A DNA stretch of 64,000 nt from Marispirochaeta sp. (GTDB lineage Bacteria; Spirochaetota; Spirochaetia; JC444; Marispirochaetaceae). Positions 37,505 through 47,491 of this stretch are shown piece by piece. Numbering within the stretch: position 1 is the stretch's first letter; the number at the start of each line of letters is the position of its first letter. The notes below the pieces were generated by a model. It made no database searches. It saw only the letters and a program-made list of their open reading frames with translations, and was not told the origin of the DNA. Made by a program: the position numbers and the translations under genes. Location: contig CAXXFF010000001.1 of the NCBI GenBank assembly GCA_963676835.2, positions 864,001 to 928,000 on the forward strand. Direction: 5' to 3'.

Positions 37505-39673
37505 TTAATGGACCAGATCGGGGAAAAAATCCTCCACAATCCGGTCCGCTGACTCACCGTGGTAAAGATACCCGTAATAAACAGAAGACACAAGCAGGGA
37601 TTTCACATAGTTTCTGGTTTCAGCATAGGGCATTGCCTCAACAAAGAGGTCACCCGGAAGTTTGCCGAATGCCCTTCGCCAGGAACGGACCCTGCTGATA
37701 CCGGCGTTATAGGAGGCTACTGCATCCGCCGGGGAATCGGTACGATCCAGCATGTTACGCAGATACCAGGAACCGAAACGAAGGTTGTCCTCCACCAGAG
37801 TAACATCATATTCACTCTGCTTCAGCCTGGCTGCAACGTCTGCAGCGGTCTCCGGCATCAGCTGCATGAGTCCCCCGGCTCCAACCCGGGAAACGGCTCC
37901 GGGGTTAAAAAGACTTTCACGGCGGATAAGTGCATACAGAAGCCATGGGGGAAGATTAAATTCCTCTGCAGCGCTGTGTACCTGCTCCATCCACGGCCTG
38001 GGATACAGAGCTGAAACCGGGATAGCTGCCCCGGGGTCACGGTTCCGCCGCAGCAGCATTCTGAGGCTTTCATCCGGGCGCGGCCCCTCTGCAGCTGCTG
38101 CACCGGCAGCAAGGGCGGCAGCAACAGAGACATCCCCATCGGATGCCAGCTGCAAAGCCTTTTCGGGCAGGCCATATTCCAGAAAGCCGTAAATAAGTTT
38201 ATCCGTATCGGATAGTTCATATCCCTGAACCGGGACAGAGGGTTCTGCGGGTGTTTCGGCCGGAAAAAACGTGTTCCCGGTAAAATACCCGGCCAGGAGA
38301 GTATAGTAATCCAGGGCGGAGTCGGTTTGCGGGGAAAAGCTTCCAGCCCCGGGATATTCCCCTCGGGCGATCCTGCGGAGGATATTATCCGCTGAGAGAT
38401 CAGTTATTCCGGGAGAAGTTACCCCGGCCTGCTGAACTCTTGCGGCGATATAGGCAAAAGGGGTGAGAACCCGTCTGTTTACCCCGCCATCGAGATAGCG
38501 GTAAGCCTGAATTACAGAACCCCATTCCTCTCTTTCCGCAAGCAGGGCAGCGAGCTCCTGTAGGACGTCGGAATAGTAATCCGGATCATCGATTTCCATC
38601 AGCAGCTGCGGAAGCAGTTCCACAGCAGCGGAAGGATTACTGCGTACCCGGGAAGAAAAAATATACCAGCGGGTTCGTTCATTTTCCGGCAGGCGGCCAT
38701 AGAGATCACCCGCCGCCCGGTGATACCCCGCTCGCCTGTAAAGCCAGGCAGCGGCTTCAATGGAAGACTCCTCCAGGGCTTTATTGCTGTCCGCAATTTC
38801 CAGAAGCAGTTTTACCGTTGCCTCCCTTCTGGCGGAAGTCGTCACAGCATTGGCCAGATTCATGAGCATTGACGCACTGAGATACGGTTCCTCCTCCAGG
38901 AGCCCCTTTAAAAGAGGCCATGAAACCTCGCCATTGCCCCTTGCTGTCTGATCGACTGCATAAAGCAGGATCTGATCATCACCGCTGAAAATATCCAGAA
39001 GTCCTTCAAGGCGCAGATAATCATAGAGACGGATATGATAGTTTCCAGCAGGGTTGGCAATAAAAAAATTAAGCACCCGGGAGACCCACCCCTGATCATC
39101 TGCAGGCGAGTTACGCTGGGCAAGAACGACAGAGAAAAGATTCAGCTCCACATCCGATTTAGCTGCATGAGGAAAATCTTTTTTAAGCTTCTCAAGCTCG
39201 TTCAGGGCGGCAGCATCCTCACGGCCCCAGTAGAGCCCAAGAAGATAGAGTCTTCGCCAGGAATAAATATCTGAATACCGCTCTTCAGTTTTATTATACA
39301 ATCGCCGGAGGGATGTATAGTTTTCCTGCTGCAGGTACTGTTCCGCCGCCTCCAGGGCTGCGGCAAAAGCATAGGGCTCTTCCCCGGCCTCCACCTGGGA
39401 AAGAAGAAGGCGGAGAGAGGCATCCGGGTCCGCAAATTCATGAAAAGAGATAAAGTAGGCAGCACCGGGGCCAAGCTCGGCCAGTTCTCCGGGATCATCT
39501 GATGCGGTATCTGCCTGGTCAAGCTGAGGCAGAGTTCCATCAAGCAGCCGAGATTTAAACTCTTCCGCATGCAGACCCCAGACAAGGGGAGTACTGCAGG
39601 AGACAAAGAGTATACTGACACCTATACTGGCAATGGAGAGAGCAACAGAGAGAATAAGAAGATTTTTAATCAT
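37505..39673 (-). CDS. Slt-like lytic transglycosylase, probable lipoprotein
   Basis: Lipobox-like FVSC, helical repeats, ALIRRES, GLMQLMP, SYNAG, ETRNYV. Confidence 0.9.
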   Translation of the reverse strand: MIKNLLILSVALSIASIGVSILFVSCSTPLVWGLHAEEFKSRLLDGTLPQLDQADTASDDPGELAELGPGAAYFISFHEFADPDASLRLLLSQVEAGEEPYAFAAALEAAEQYLQQENYTSLRRLYNKTEERYSDIYSWRRLYLLGLYWGREDAAALNELEKLKKDFPHAAKSDVELNLFSVVLAQRNSPADDQGWVSRVLNFFIANPAGNYHIRLYDYLRLEGLLDIFSGDDQILLYAVDQTARGNGEVSWPLLKGLLEEEPYLSASMLMNLANAVTTSARREATVKLLLEIADSNKALEESSIEAAAWLYRRAGYHRAAGDLYGRLPENERTRWYIFSSRVRSNPSAAVELLPQLLMEIDDPDYYSDVLQELAALLAEREEWGSVIQAYRYLDGGVNRRVLTPFAYIAARVQQAGVTSPGITDLSADNILRRIARGEYPGAGSFSPQTDSALDYYTLLAGYFTGNTFFPAETPAEPSVPVQGYELSDTDKLIYGFLEYGLPEKALQLASDGDVSVAAALAAGAAAAEGPRPDESLRMLLRRNRDPGAAIPVSALYPRPWMEQVHSAAEEFNLPPWLLYALIRRESLFNPGAVSRVGAGGLMQLMPETAADVAARLKQSEYDVTLVEDNLRFGSWYLRNMLDRTDSPADAVASYNAGISRVRSWRRAFGKLPGDLFVEAMPYAETRNYVKSLLVSSVYYGYLYHGESADRIVEDFFPDLVH

Positions 39674-39696
39674 ACGGAGAACGTCAGGGATAATAA

Positions 39697-40668
39697 TCAG
39701 CGGCGGGGTTCAGGGATGTAGATATCACGTCCGGCAAAAATCACATCAGGATTGGCAATGCCATTCTCAACTGCAATCTGACCATAGCGAAATGGATCAC
39801 GATAAAAACTTGATGAAAGGTCCCAGAGGGTGTCGCCGTACTTGAGCTGGTACCAGACACCGTCTCCGGCTGCGATGGGAGCAGGCGCTGCCGGAGGAGC
39901 CGCCTTGGGAGGCTCGGGGGCCGGTTTGGGAGGTTCAGGCTTTGCAGGTTCCGCCTGGGCAACAGGCTTCGGCGGCTCAGGCTTTACTTCCGGAGCAGGT
40001 TGAGGTGCCGGCTGTGCCGGCGCTTCAGTTACCTGAGCGCCGCTCCCGGCTTCCGCCTGCAGCGGGGGAACATCATCACCACCCACAACCCTCAAAAGGA
40101 GCCATGCAAGGAGAACTACAACTGCAATACCGAGAAGCAGAAAAAGAATGAACTGCAGAGGATTTCTCCTGCCCGAAGTTGCGGCAACATCCCTGCCGAC
40201 ATCACGGGGGGCATACTCCTCATTCAGTTGACTCTCCTCTTCAGGGCTGATTCCGGGTTCCGGAGAAAACTCATTTCCCAGCTCAAACTCGGGAATATCG
40301 TAGATACCCATGTCATCCAGAGACTCAAGACTGACACTCAGGGACTGGGTCTCACCGGTTGAAGAATCTCCGGCGGTAGCGGTAAGGTTGCCTTCGCCGT
40401 CGATATGAAGAACCAGTTCTATTTCCGGATCCCCGCTTGATGCAGGAGGAATATCTTCAATTACCAGGCTGCCGATATAGACGGCATCCTCAATTTCATC
40501 GCCCCGCCCTTTGTAAAGATCAATCTGCACACTGGCCTGATTCTCCTTGACAGTGGTGAGCACCAGCCGCTTTTTCGACTGTTCTCCCTCCTGCATTACA
40601 GGATAATAGGTACCATTGGCAATCTTAATCCCTATTGTGGCGGTATTTGCGTCACTTACGGAACTCAT
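39697..40668 (-). CDS. Hsp70 substrate-binding-like domain, TM helix, Pro-rich linker and LysM domain
   Basis: TTVKENQASVQIDLYKG...IPPASSGDPEIELVLHIDGEGNL; LysM GDTLWDLS...NPDVIFAG; start moved to ATG 40668. Confidence 0.85.
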   Translation of the reverse strand: MSSVSDANTATIGIKIANGTYYPVMQEGEQSKKRLVLTTVKENQASVQIDLYKGRGDEIEDAVYIGSLVIEDIPPASSGDPEIELVLHIDGEGNLTATAGDSSTGETQSLSVSLESLDDMGIYDIPEFELGNEFSPEPGISPEEESQLNEEYAPRDVGRDVAATSGRRNPLQFILFLLLGIAVVVLLAWLLLRVVGGDDVPPLQAEAGSGAQVTEAPAQPAPQPAPEVKPEPPKPVAQAEPAKPEPPKPAPEPPKAAPPAAPAPIAAGDGVWYQLKYGDTLWDLSSSFYRDPFRYGQIAVENGIANPDVIFAGRDIYIPEPRR

Positions 40669-40675
40669 GAATAAA

Positions 40676-40748
40676 AGCGTAGCCTCACAGGGATGTTTTG
40701 TCAATCGTTTTTCAATTTCTTGACATCCATCCCTACCGGGGTCATACT
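40676..40748. promoter_or_regulatory. Back-to-back sigma70 promoters
   Basis: Plus strand TTGACA(40720)-N17-CATACT; minus strand TTGACA(40704)-N17-TACGCT. Confidence 0.7.
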
Positions 40749-40756
40749 TGCCCCAT

Positions 40757-42139
40757 ATGGATGCTACAATATTTATAATTCCTTTCAGCATCGTGATCAT
40801 CGTTGCCGGCACTTTTTTTCTTATGTCCAAGGGAAAAGGTGAAAGAGCGGAAAAGCAGCAGAAAGGAAAAAAAGTTAGATCAAAAGACCGTAATCAGATT
40901 CTCCGGGATGCAAACCGCAGACTGGCCCAGAACCCCAAGGATGCCGAAGCCCTTGAAGCGCTGGGAGAACTCTATTTTTCCGAACAGACCTTCGACAAAG
41001 CCATGCGGACCTTCGAAGTACTGGTTGACCTCTGTGCGACCAACAAACAGATTGATGAGTTTAATGTCACCCTGAAATATGCCCTGTCCGCATTGAAGAT
41101 GAAGCAGTTCGAAGACGCCTATAAAAGTCTTATTATTGCCCGCAGCCTCAACGCGGAGGTTTTCGAAATAAACTATAACCTCGGCTACCTGGAGTTCCGT
41201 AAAAAGAATTACGAAAAAGCCGTACAGTTTCTGCTCCATGCCCGCAAGGATAAACCTGAACATGCAGCGACTCTTCGCTACCTGGGCAACAGCCTTTTCA
41301 GAATGAAAAAGGCCACCGAGGCGGTACCGGTTTTAAGGAAAGCCCTTGATCTCGAACCGGACGACAAGGAAAGCCTTTTCGCTTTGGGCCAGGCCTATAA
41401 CGAGATGGGACAGAACGACAATGCCGTCAAGATATTTACCCATTTAAGGGCCGATCCTGTTATGGGGCCCAGTGCAGCCCTTTTTTCCGGTACAATCCGG
41501 ATGAATCAGCGTCAGTACGAAAAGGGCATGCTGGATTTTGAGATTGGACTCCGCCACGAGAACATCCCCCCAAAAATAGAGATGGAACTGAAATACCGGC
41601 TGGCCACGGCCTATGTCAAGCAGCAGGAGATCGGTTCCGCCCTGAGACTGTTCGAGGAAATCCATTCCGTGCAGCCTTCCTACAAGGATGTTCCCGCCCA
41701 GCTGAGAAAGTACAAGGAACTTCATGGAAACAGGAACCTTCAGACCTACCTTATTGCGGCAACTTCCGACTTTGTAACCCTCTGCCGCAAGCTGGTAAAT
41801 ACCTTTTTCCCGAAAGCAAAGGTTAAGATTGTTGATGTTTCGGTCCACAAAAGTGAATATGCCGATATCCTGGCAGAAATAAGTACCGCAAAATGGGAAG
41901 ATATGGTTCTCTTCCGTTTTGTCCGGACAACCAATACTGTAGGAGATCTGATTCTCAGGGATCTCTATTCCCGCAGCAAGGAAGTCAAGGCCGGCAGAGG
42001 CTTCTGCCTCAGTGCGGGAGATTTTTCCGACACTGCAGCTGCGTTTGTTGAGGCCCGTCTGATAGATCTTGTTCCCAAGGAGGAGCTTATGAAAAGGCTT
42101 CACCAGGTGGGACAGTCCCGGCCGGGAATGGTCGACTGA
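40757..42139 (+). CDS. Membrane-anchored TPR protein with C-terminal Mrr-like restriction-endonuclease-fold domain
   Basis: N-terminal TM, multiple TPR units, C-terminal DFVTLCRKLV...ADIL...VG...GFCLSAGDFS..A..F. Confidence 0.75.
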   Translation: MDATIFIIPFSIVIIVAGTFFLMSKGKGERAEKQQKGKKVRSKDRNQILRDANRRLAQNPKDAEALEALGELYFSEQTFDKAMRTFEVLVDLCATNKQIDEFNVTLKYALSALKMKQFEDAYKSLIIARSLNAEVFEINYNLGYLEFRKKNYEKAVQFLLHARKDKPEHAATLRYLGNSLFRMKKATEAVPVLRKALDLEPDDKESLFALGQAYNEMGQNDNAVKIFTHLRADPVMGPSAALFSGTIRMNQRQYEKGMLDFEIGLRHENIPPKIEMELKYRLATAYVKQQEIGSALRLFEEIHSVQPSYKDVPAQLRKYKELHGNRNLQTYLIAATSDFVTLCRKLVNTFFPKAKVKIVDVSVHKSEYADILAEISTAKWEDMVLFRFVRTTNTVGDLILRDLYSRSKEVKAGRGFCLSAGDFSDTAAAFVEARLIDLVPKEELMKRLHQVGQSRPGMVD

Positions 42140-42157
42140 AGCGGATTTGAACTCTGC

Positions 42158-42628
42158 ATGAACACCAATCTTCTCTGCGGCGCAATTTATACGGGATTTC
42201 TTATACCTATATGCTGGTACGATTGTACCGGCTTCAGGATTCCGGATCTGCTGTCCGGCGGATGCTTTGCGGCAGTGCTTATGCTTCAGCTTGCAGGTGC
42301 TTCATCGCCGGGGCTGCCTGTACTTATTGCAAGCGCTGCAGCGCCTGTATTGCTGCTCTTACTGTTGCGTTCTTTTTCCCGGGGAAGCCTGGGACTGGGA
42401 GATGTAAAGCTCTCGGCTTCCACCGGGCTCCTTCTGCCGGGCATAGCCTGGCTTCCGGCTCTATCCCTGTCAGCTCTTACCGGACTGGCAGTTGCCGTTC
42501 CTCTGTATGCTGCAGGTAAAATAAACAGAAACACCCGTATACCCTTTGCCCCGTTTCTGGGAGCCGGAACCATTATAATCTGGACGGTACTGCAGTATAG
42601 GCCAAGGCTCTGGATCCGCTGGTTTTAA
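42158..42628 (+). CDS. A24 prepilin-peptidase-like membrane protein (short form)
   Basis: YD....IPD, LGLGDVKL, IPFAPFL motifs. Confidence 0.85.
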   Translation: MNTNLLCGAIYTGFLIPICWYDCTGFRIPDLLSGGCFAAVLMLQLAGASSPGLPVLIASAAAPVLLLLLLRSFSRGSLGLGDVKLSASTGLLLPGIAWLPALSLSALTGLAVAVPLYAAGKINRNTRIPFAPFLGAGTIIIWTVLQYRPRLWIRWF

Positions 42629-43285
42629 TCAGTGTTTCCGCCCCCGCACAAGATGGCGCTCCTCCCCTTCCGCTCCAAAGCGCAGAGGGAAAACCTCCCA
42701 GTCCCAGCCCTGAACAGAAGAATGTGAAAGCTCTTCATCCACGGTTGACCGGCGTCCATGGTAATCAAAAAGCCAGCCCCCCGGCGGGATAAGGTGATCA
42801 ACCAGAGGCAGGGCGTCAGGAATAGACCTGAATGCCCGCATGCAGAGAACATCCACCTGCTCGGAAACTCTTGAAACATCCGCCTCGAGAACCCTGGCAG
42901 TCGACGAGAGCCCGGCGGCAGGGACAGCATTACGCAGAAAGCCGGCCCTCTTTCCGGAGCGTTCAATCAGCAGCAGTTCTTCGGCCTTGAGAAATACCAT
43001 AAGCGGAATACCCGGAAGACCGGCACCGGAACCTACATCGGCCATGCGAAAGCTGCCGGAAAGCACCTCGGTAAAAAAGGAGAGCCCCGACAGTGAGTCC
43101 AGCAGATGCCGGGCGACCAGATCCCGATCCCCCCGTCCGATAAGGTTGAACTTGCGGTTCCAGATCAAAAGTTCCTGAAGATAGGCTTCAAGCCGCTTCA
43201 ACTCTGCGGAACCGGCATCGATTCCAAGGTCCTTCAGTCCCTGAACAAGACGAGGCGTAATATTATCCACGTTTTCTTCCCACAT
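42629..43285 (-). CDS. rsmG: 16S rRNA m7G527 methyltransferase
   Basis: WNRKFNL, RHLLDSL, DVGSGAGLPGIPL; follows mnmG. Confidence 0.93.
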   Translation of the reverse strand: MWEENVDNITPRLVQGLKDLGIDAGSAELKRLEAYLQELLIWNRKFNLIGRGDRDLVARHLLDSLSGLSFFTEVLSGSFRMADVGSGAGLPGIPLMVFLKAEELLLIERSGKRAGFLRNAVPAAGLSSTARVLEADVSRVSEQVDVLCMRAFRSIPDALPLVDHLIPPGGWLFDYHGRRSTVDEELSHSSVQGWDWEVFPLRFGAEGEERHLVRGRKH

Positions 43286-45113
43286 GAATCAGCAGAACCG
43301 AGATATCGCTGTTGCGCACGCCGGAAATACGTGACACCTGTCCTATATTGAGGGGACGGATTTCCATGAGCTTCTGCCGGGATTCCCCGGATATCCCCTC
43401 AACGGCGGTGTAATCAAAATCATCGGGGATACGGATATTCTCCATTTTCTTAAACCGCTCCACCTGACGCTGCTGCCGCTGAATATAGCCTTCATATTTG
43501 ATATCAAGACCGCTTACGGTAATCCATTCTTCAGGATATGCCTCAAGCGACGGATCAAGCTTAAGCAGCAGATCCGGATCGCCCTCGGGGGATTTCATTA
43601 AATTGTACAGGCTCTTTCCGGTGTGAGAAGAGAGTTCTTCTTCTACCCGCCCGGCCATCTCCTTATCAAGGCGACGGGTTTTCAACAGCTCCCGGATCTC
43701 TTCTACACCGTTTTTCTTGGCTTCAAGCTGCTCAAGCGCCTGCGGCGGCAGCAGCCCGATATCCCGGCTGATGTCTTCAAGACGGACATCCACATTGTCG
43801 TGCCGCAGAGAGAGGCGGTATTCAGCCCTGGAGGTAAACATCCGGTAAGGCTCTTCTGTTCCAAGTGTCACAAGATCATCGATGAGAACTCCCGTATAGG
43901 CCTCAGCCCGGGAGAGAATAACCGGCTCCTTTCCCTGCAGTCTGCGGCAGGCATTGATCCCGGCCACAAGGCCCTGACAGGCAGCCTCTTCGTACCCGGA
44001 AGTCCCGTTAGTCTGTCCTGCAACGTAGAGTCCGGGATAGAGCTTACATTCCAGACTGGGAAAAAGCTGACGGGGGTCGATAAAATCATACTCCACCGCA
44101 TATCCGGGGCGCATAATCTGTACATGCTCAAGCCCCGGCAGAGTCCTCAGAAAGGCTTCCTGCACCGTCTCGGGGAGAGATGAGGAGATCCCGTTCAGGT
44201 ACATCTCTTCACTCATAAATCCCTCGGGCTCAACAAAAATCTGATGCCGTTCCCTGTCGGGAAAACGTACAACCTTATCTTCAATAGACGGGCAGTACCT
44301 CGGACCGACTCCGGTAATCTTTCCGGAATAGAGAGGCGAATGATCCATATTTTCGCTGATGATCCTGTGGGTTTCCCCATTGGTGTAGGTTATATAGCAG
44401 GGCTCTGACGGCCGCTCAACCGTGCCGCCGCGGAAGGAGAAACCAAGCATCCTTTCATCCCCGGGCTGCTCCTCCATGCGGGAAAAATCGATGCTGGAAC
44501 GGGCTACCCTGGCGGGGGTTCCCGTTTTAAGGCGGCCGAGCTTCAGCCCGGCTCCCCGGAGAAACGTGCCCAGCCCCACCGCCGCGGCTTCGTTGAGCCT
44601 TCCGCCGGAAGCATGGTAGGCACCTATGAAAATGCGACCTTCCATAAACGTCCCTGTAGTGAGCACCACAGAAGAAGCTTCAAAGCGGCGCCCCCGTTCG
44701 GTTACCACCCCGTGGACAGCCTTTCCCGGTCCGTCAAGAATAAGCTCCGTTACGGTATCCTGAAAAAGATCAAGATTTCCCTGAGCCTCAAGACTCTCCT
44801 TGGCAAGCTTTGAATAAAGATACTTGTCGGCCTGGGCCCGGGGCGCCTGCACCGCCGGCCCCCTGCGTCGATTGAGGATGCGGAACTGAATCATGCTGGC
44901 ATCGATGAGAAGTCCCATCTGACCGCCCAGGGCATCGACCTCCCGGACAATATTCCCCTTGGAAAGCCCGCCCACAGCGGGATTACAGGATAGCCTGCCG
45001 ATGGCATCGAGGTGCTGGGTTATCATAAGGGTGCGAAAGCCCAACCGGGCAGAAGCAAGAGCAGCTTCTATTCCGGCATGGCCTCCTCCGACAACAATTA
45101 TATCGTGATCCAT
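43263..45113 (-). CDS. mnmG: tRNA modification enzyme MnmG (GidA)
   Basis: GGGHAGIEAA, SCNPAVGG, GPRYCPSIEDK, NGTSGYEEAA motifs. Confidence 0.98.
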   Translation of the reverse strand: MDHDIIVVGGGHAGIEAALASARLGFRTLMITQHLDAIGRLSCNPAVGGLSKGNIVREVDALGGQMGLLIDASMIQFRILNRRRGPAVQAPRAQADKYLYSKLAKESLEAQGNLDLFQDTVTELILDGPGKAVHGVVTERGRRFEASSVVLTTGTFMEGRIFIGAYHASGGRLNEAAAVGLGTFLRGAGLKLGRLKTGTPARVARSSIDFSRMEEQPGDERMLGFSFRGGTVERPSEPCYITYTNGETHRIISENMDHSPLYSGKITGVGPRYCPSIEDKVVRFPDRERHQIFVEPEGFMSEEMYLNGISSSLPETVQEAFLRTLPGLEHVQIMRPGYAVEYDFIDPRQLFPSLECKLYPGLYVAGQTNGTSGYEEAACQGLVAGINACRRLQGKEPVILSRAEAYTGVLIDDLVTLGTEEPYRMFTSRAEYRLSLRHDNVDVRLEDISRDIGLLPPQALEQLEAKKNGVEEIRELLKTRRLDKEMAGRVEEELSSHTGKSLYNLMKSPEGDPDLLLKLDPSLEAYPEEWITVSGLDIKYEGYIQRQQRQVERFKKMENIRIPDDFDYTAVEGISGESRQKLMEIRPLNIGQVSRISGVRNSDISVLLIHVGRKRG

Positions 45114-45120
45114 AGGGTCC

Positions 45121-46479
45121 TCATTTTCCTACACAGAAGCGGGAGAACATATCGTTGAGAATCTCCTCGGTGGTAACTTCTCCCGTAAGCTCCCCCAGGG
45201 CATCCAGTGCTTCCTTCAGATCCACCCCCAGGGCATCGGCGGGCACCCCGGCATCAAGGCCCTCAAGCAGGTTATCCAGACTCACCGCCGCCTGCAGGAG
45301 CAGATCCCGCTGTCGGGCGGAATCAATTACAGCATCCGCAGAGCCGCTGCCTATTCCCAGCAGACGTTCGTGAATAGCGGATTCAAGTTCATGAAAACCC
45401 TCTCCGGTAAGGGTGCTTAGAGGTATATATCCTTGGGGAACAGATTCTCCAGGCAGATCTGCCTTGCTCCAGACAAACAGGGTTTTTTCAGGACTGTAAT
45501 TATCAGTTTCTCCGGGACTTATCCCGCCGGTGGAATCTACCAGGTAGAGAATCAGGTCCGCCTCACCGGTAACTTTTCCGGAACGGCGGATTCCTTCCTG
45601 TTCAACTGAGTCCTCGGCAGTACCGGCACGCAGTCCGGCTGTATCAAAGAGGGTAACCGGAAGTCCCCGGATGGTAATCTGCTCATGCACAAAATCCCGG
45701 GTGGTTCCGTGAATATCAGAAACGATAGACCGGTCCTCCCGGACAAACAGGTTAAAGAGGGATGATTTACCCGCATTTGTACGTCCTGCAATAGCCAGCC
45801 GGGCACCCTCCTGATAGAGCCTTCCGGTGGCATAGGTAGCGGAAAGGGTTCTCAGCTTCTCCCCTGCTTCCGCAATGCCGGCCCGGTCTATAACCGTATC
45901 GAGGGCCACCTCATCTTCGGGGTAATCCATCTGAATCTCCAGAGTCCCCATTACCCGTTTAAGAATATCCTTTACGCCGTTTATGCGGCTGCTGATGCCT
46001 CCTCCGAGACGATGAAGCGCCATGGAGTGGGCGGCCCTGCTGCGGGAGGAAACAATTTCCCGCACAGCTTCCGCCTGGGTAAGATCGAGCCTGCCTTTCA
46101 GAAATGCCCGGAGAGTGAATTCCCCGGGTTCGGCATCCCGGAATCCGGCACCGCGCAGGAGATCAAGAATCAGCTGGATACCCGGAAGGCTGCCGTGGCA
46201 GTAGATCTCAACCGCCTCCTCTCCGGTATAGCCCCGCTCTGCATGAAATACTGCACATAAAACCTCATCCACCTCCATCCTGTTTTCAGGATTGATCAAT
46301 GTTCCGTGAACAAGGGTATGAGTTGCTGCCTGAAGAAGAGCATCAGGACGGGAAAAACAGCGGGAAAGAAGATCGATACTCCCGGAACCTGAGGTTCGAA
46401 TAACAGCTACGGCGCTCTCACCCCAGGGAGTAGCCAGGGCGACAACAGGGTCATTTCTATCGTATGTGAGGGGTTTCAT
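45121..46479 (-). CDS. mnmE: tRNA modification GTPase MnmE
   Basis: GEFTLRAF, GRTNAGKSS, GTTRD, C-terminal FCVGK. Confidence 0.97.
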   Translation of the reverse strand: MKPLTYDRNDPVVALATPWGESAVAVIRTSGSGSIDLLSRCFSRPDALLQAATHTLVHGTLINPENRMEVDEVLCAVFHAERGYTGEEAVEIYCHGSLPGIQLILDLLRGAGFRDAEPGEFTLRAFLKGRLDLTQAEAVREIVSSRSRAAHSMALHRLGGGISSRINGVKDILKRVMGTLEIQMDYPEDEVALDTVIDRAGIAEAGEKLRTLSATYATGRLYQEGARLAIAGRTNAGKSSLFNLFVREDRSIVSDIHGTTRDFVHEQITIRGLPVTLFDTAGLRAGTAEDSVEQEGIRRSGKVTGEADLILYLVDSTGGISPGETDNYSPEKTLFVWSKADLPGESVPQGYIPLSTLTGEGFHELESAIHERLLGIGSGSADAVIDSARQRDLLLQAAVSLDNLLEGLDAGVPADALGVDLKEALDALGELTGEVTTEEILNDMFSRFCVGK

Positions 46480-46528
46480 GCGGCGGATAGAATACTCTTT
46501 TTAAGCCGGAATGGGAACTGCCGCGGCT

Positions 46529-47491
46529 TTAGTGTGCAGGAGAAACCAGAATGTTCATACTCTCAACCAGGTTCGTTATTGCCAGCTGATCATCTTCCAC
46601 AAAAAACCTGAAATTCTCCGCATCCAGGTAATCCGCGGTGTAATGCTCAACCTGAAGATCCACCCGAAAAACCGGGTCGGCGGCAGCCTGGGCAAATATG
46701 GATTCAAGCTTGCTGCTGATCTCTTCAGAAGTTCTTGCGGGAACCCCCACCCCCCGCCATGTGGAAGAATACAAATCGTAGCCAAGCTCATGAAAGGTCG
46801 GTATATCCGGCAGAAAAGCACTCCGTTCAGAGGCCATCAGCGCCAGGGGCCGGACCATCTTCCGGTCCAGCCAGGGCTTGAGTTCTCCCGGATTTGCCAG
46901 GGTAAAATCCGCTTCTCCCGCAAGAAGTCCGGGGATAGATTCCGCTGCCCCGTTGTAGGGGATCTTGTTGAATGTTACGCCGGTTTTATATTCAAGCTCC
47001 AGGATATAAAAGTGGGGCTTGGCGGCACTTGCAAAACGTATCCTGCCTGGAGCTCCGGCTGCATCCTGAATTATTTCTCCGGGAGTTCTGTACTCTGATG
47101 CAGTCGGCACAGCCATGAGTGCCGGATCGCGGTTTACCAGGGCCAGCAGCCTGAAATCGTCTTTGGTAATCTGGGCGACCCCCACCGCCGGAAGGGAGAC
47201 AAGCTCTCTGGTTACCATGGTCACGGTATAACCGTCAGGAACAGCCGCAGCCCCTGCAATATGGCCGGCAGCACCGGAGCCCCCAAGCACATTTTCGACC
47301 TCTACAGGATAGCCGATAATCTTTTCCACCCGCCGGGCCAGGGCCCGGGCAACCATATCTGTACCCCCTCCCCGGGAATAGGGAACGATAATCGTCATGC
47401 CCCTGGAGGGGAACTCTTCAGCGGTTCGCTTTTGCGGGAGACAGGAGATGAGAAGGAGAGAAATCAGAATACCGGGCAGAATTTTTTTCAT
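46529..47491 (-). CDS. TctC/Bug family substrate-binding lipoprotein
   Basis: Lipobox LLISC, IIVPYSRGGGTD, PYNG, PDIPT motifs. Confidence 0.9.
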   Translation of the reverse strand: MKKILPGILISLLLISCLPQKRTAEEFPSRGMTIIVPYSRGGGTDMVARALARRVEKIIGYPVEVENVLGGSGAAGHIAGAAAVPDGYTVTMVTRELVSLPAVGVAQITKDDFRLLALVNRDPALMAVPTASEYRTPGEIIQDAAGAPGRIRFASAAKPHFYILELEYKTGVTFNKIPYNGAAESIPGLLAGEADFTLANPGELKPWLDRKMVRPLALMASERSAFLPDIPTFHELGYDLYSSTWRGVGVPARTSEEISSKLESIFAQAAADPVFRVDLQVEHYTADYLDAENFRFFVEDDQLAITNLVESMNILVSPAH

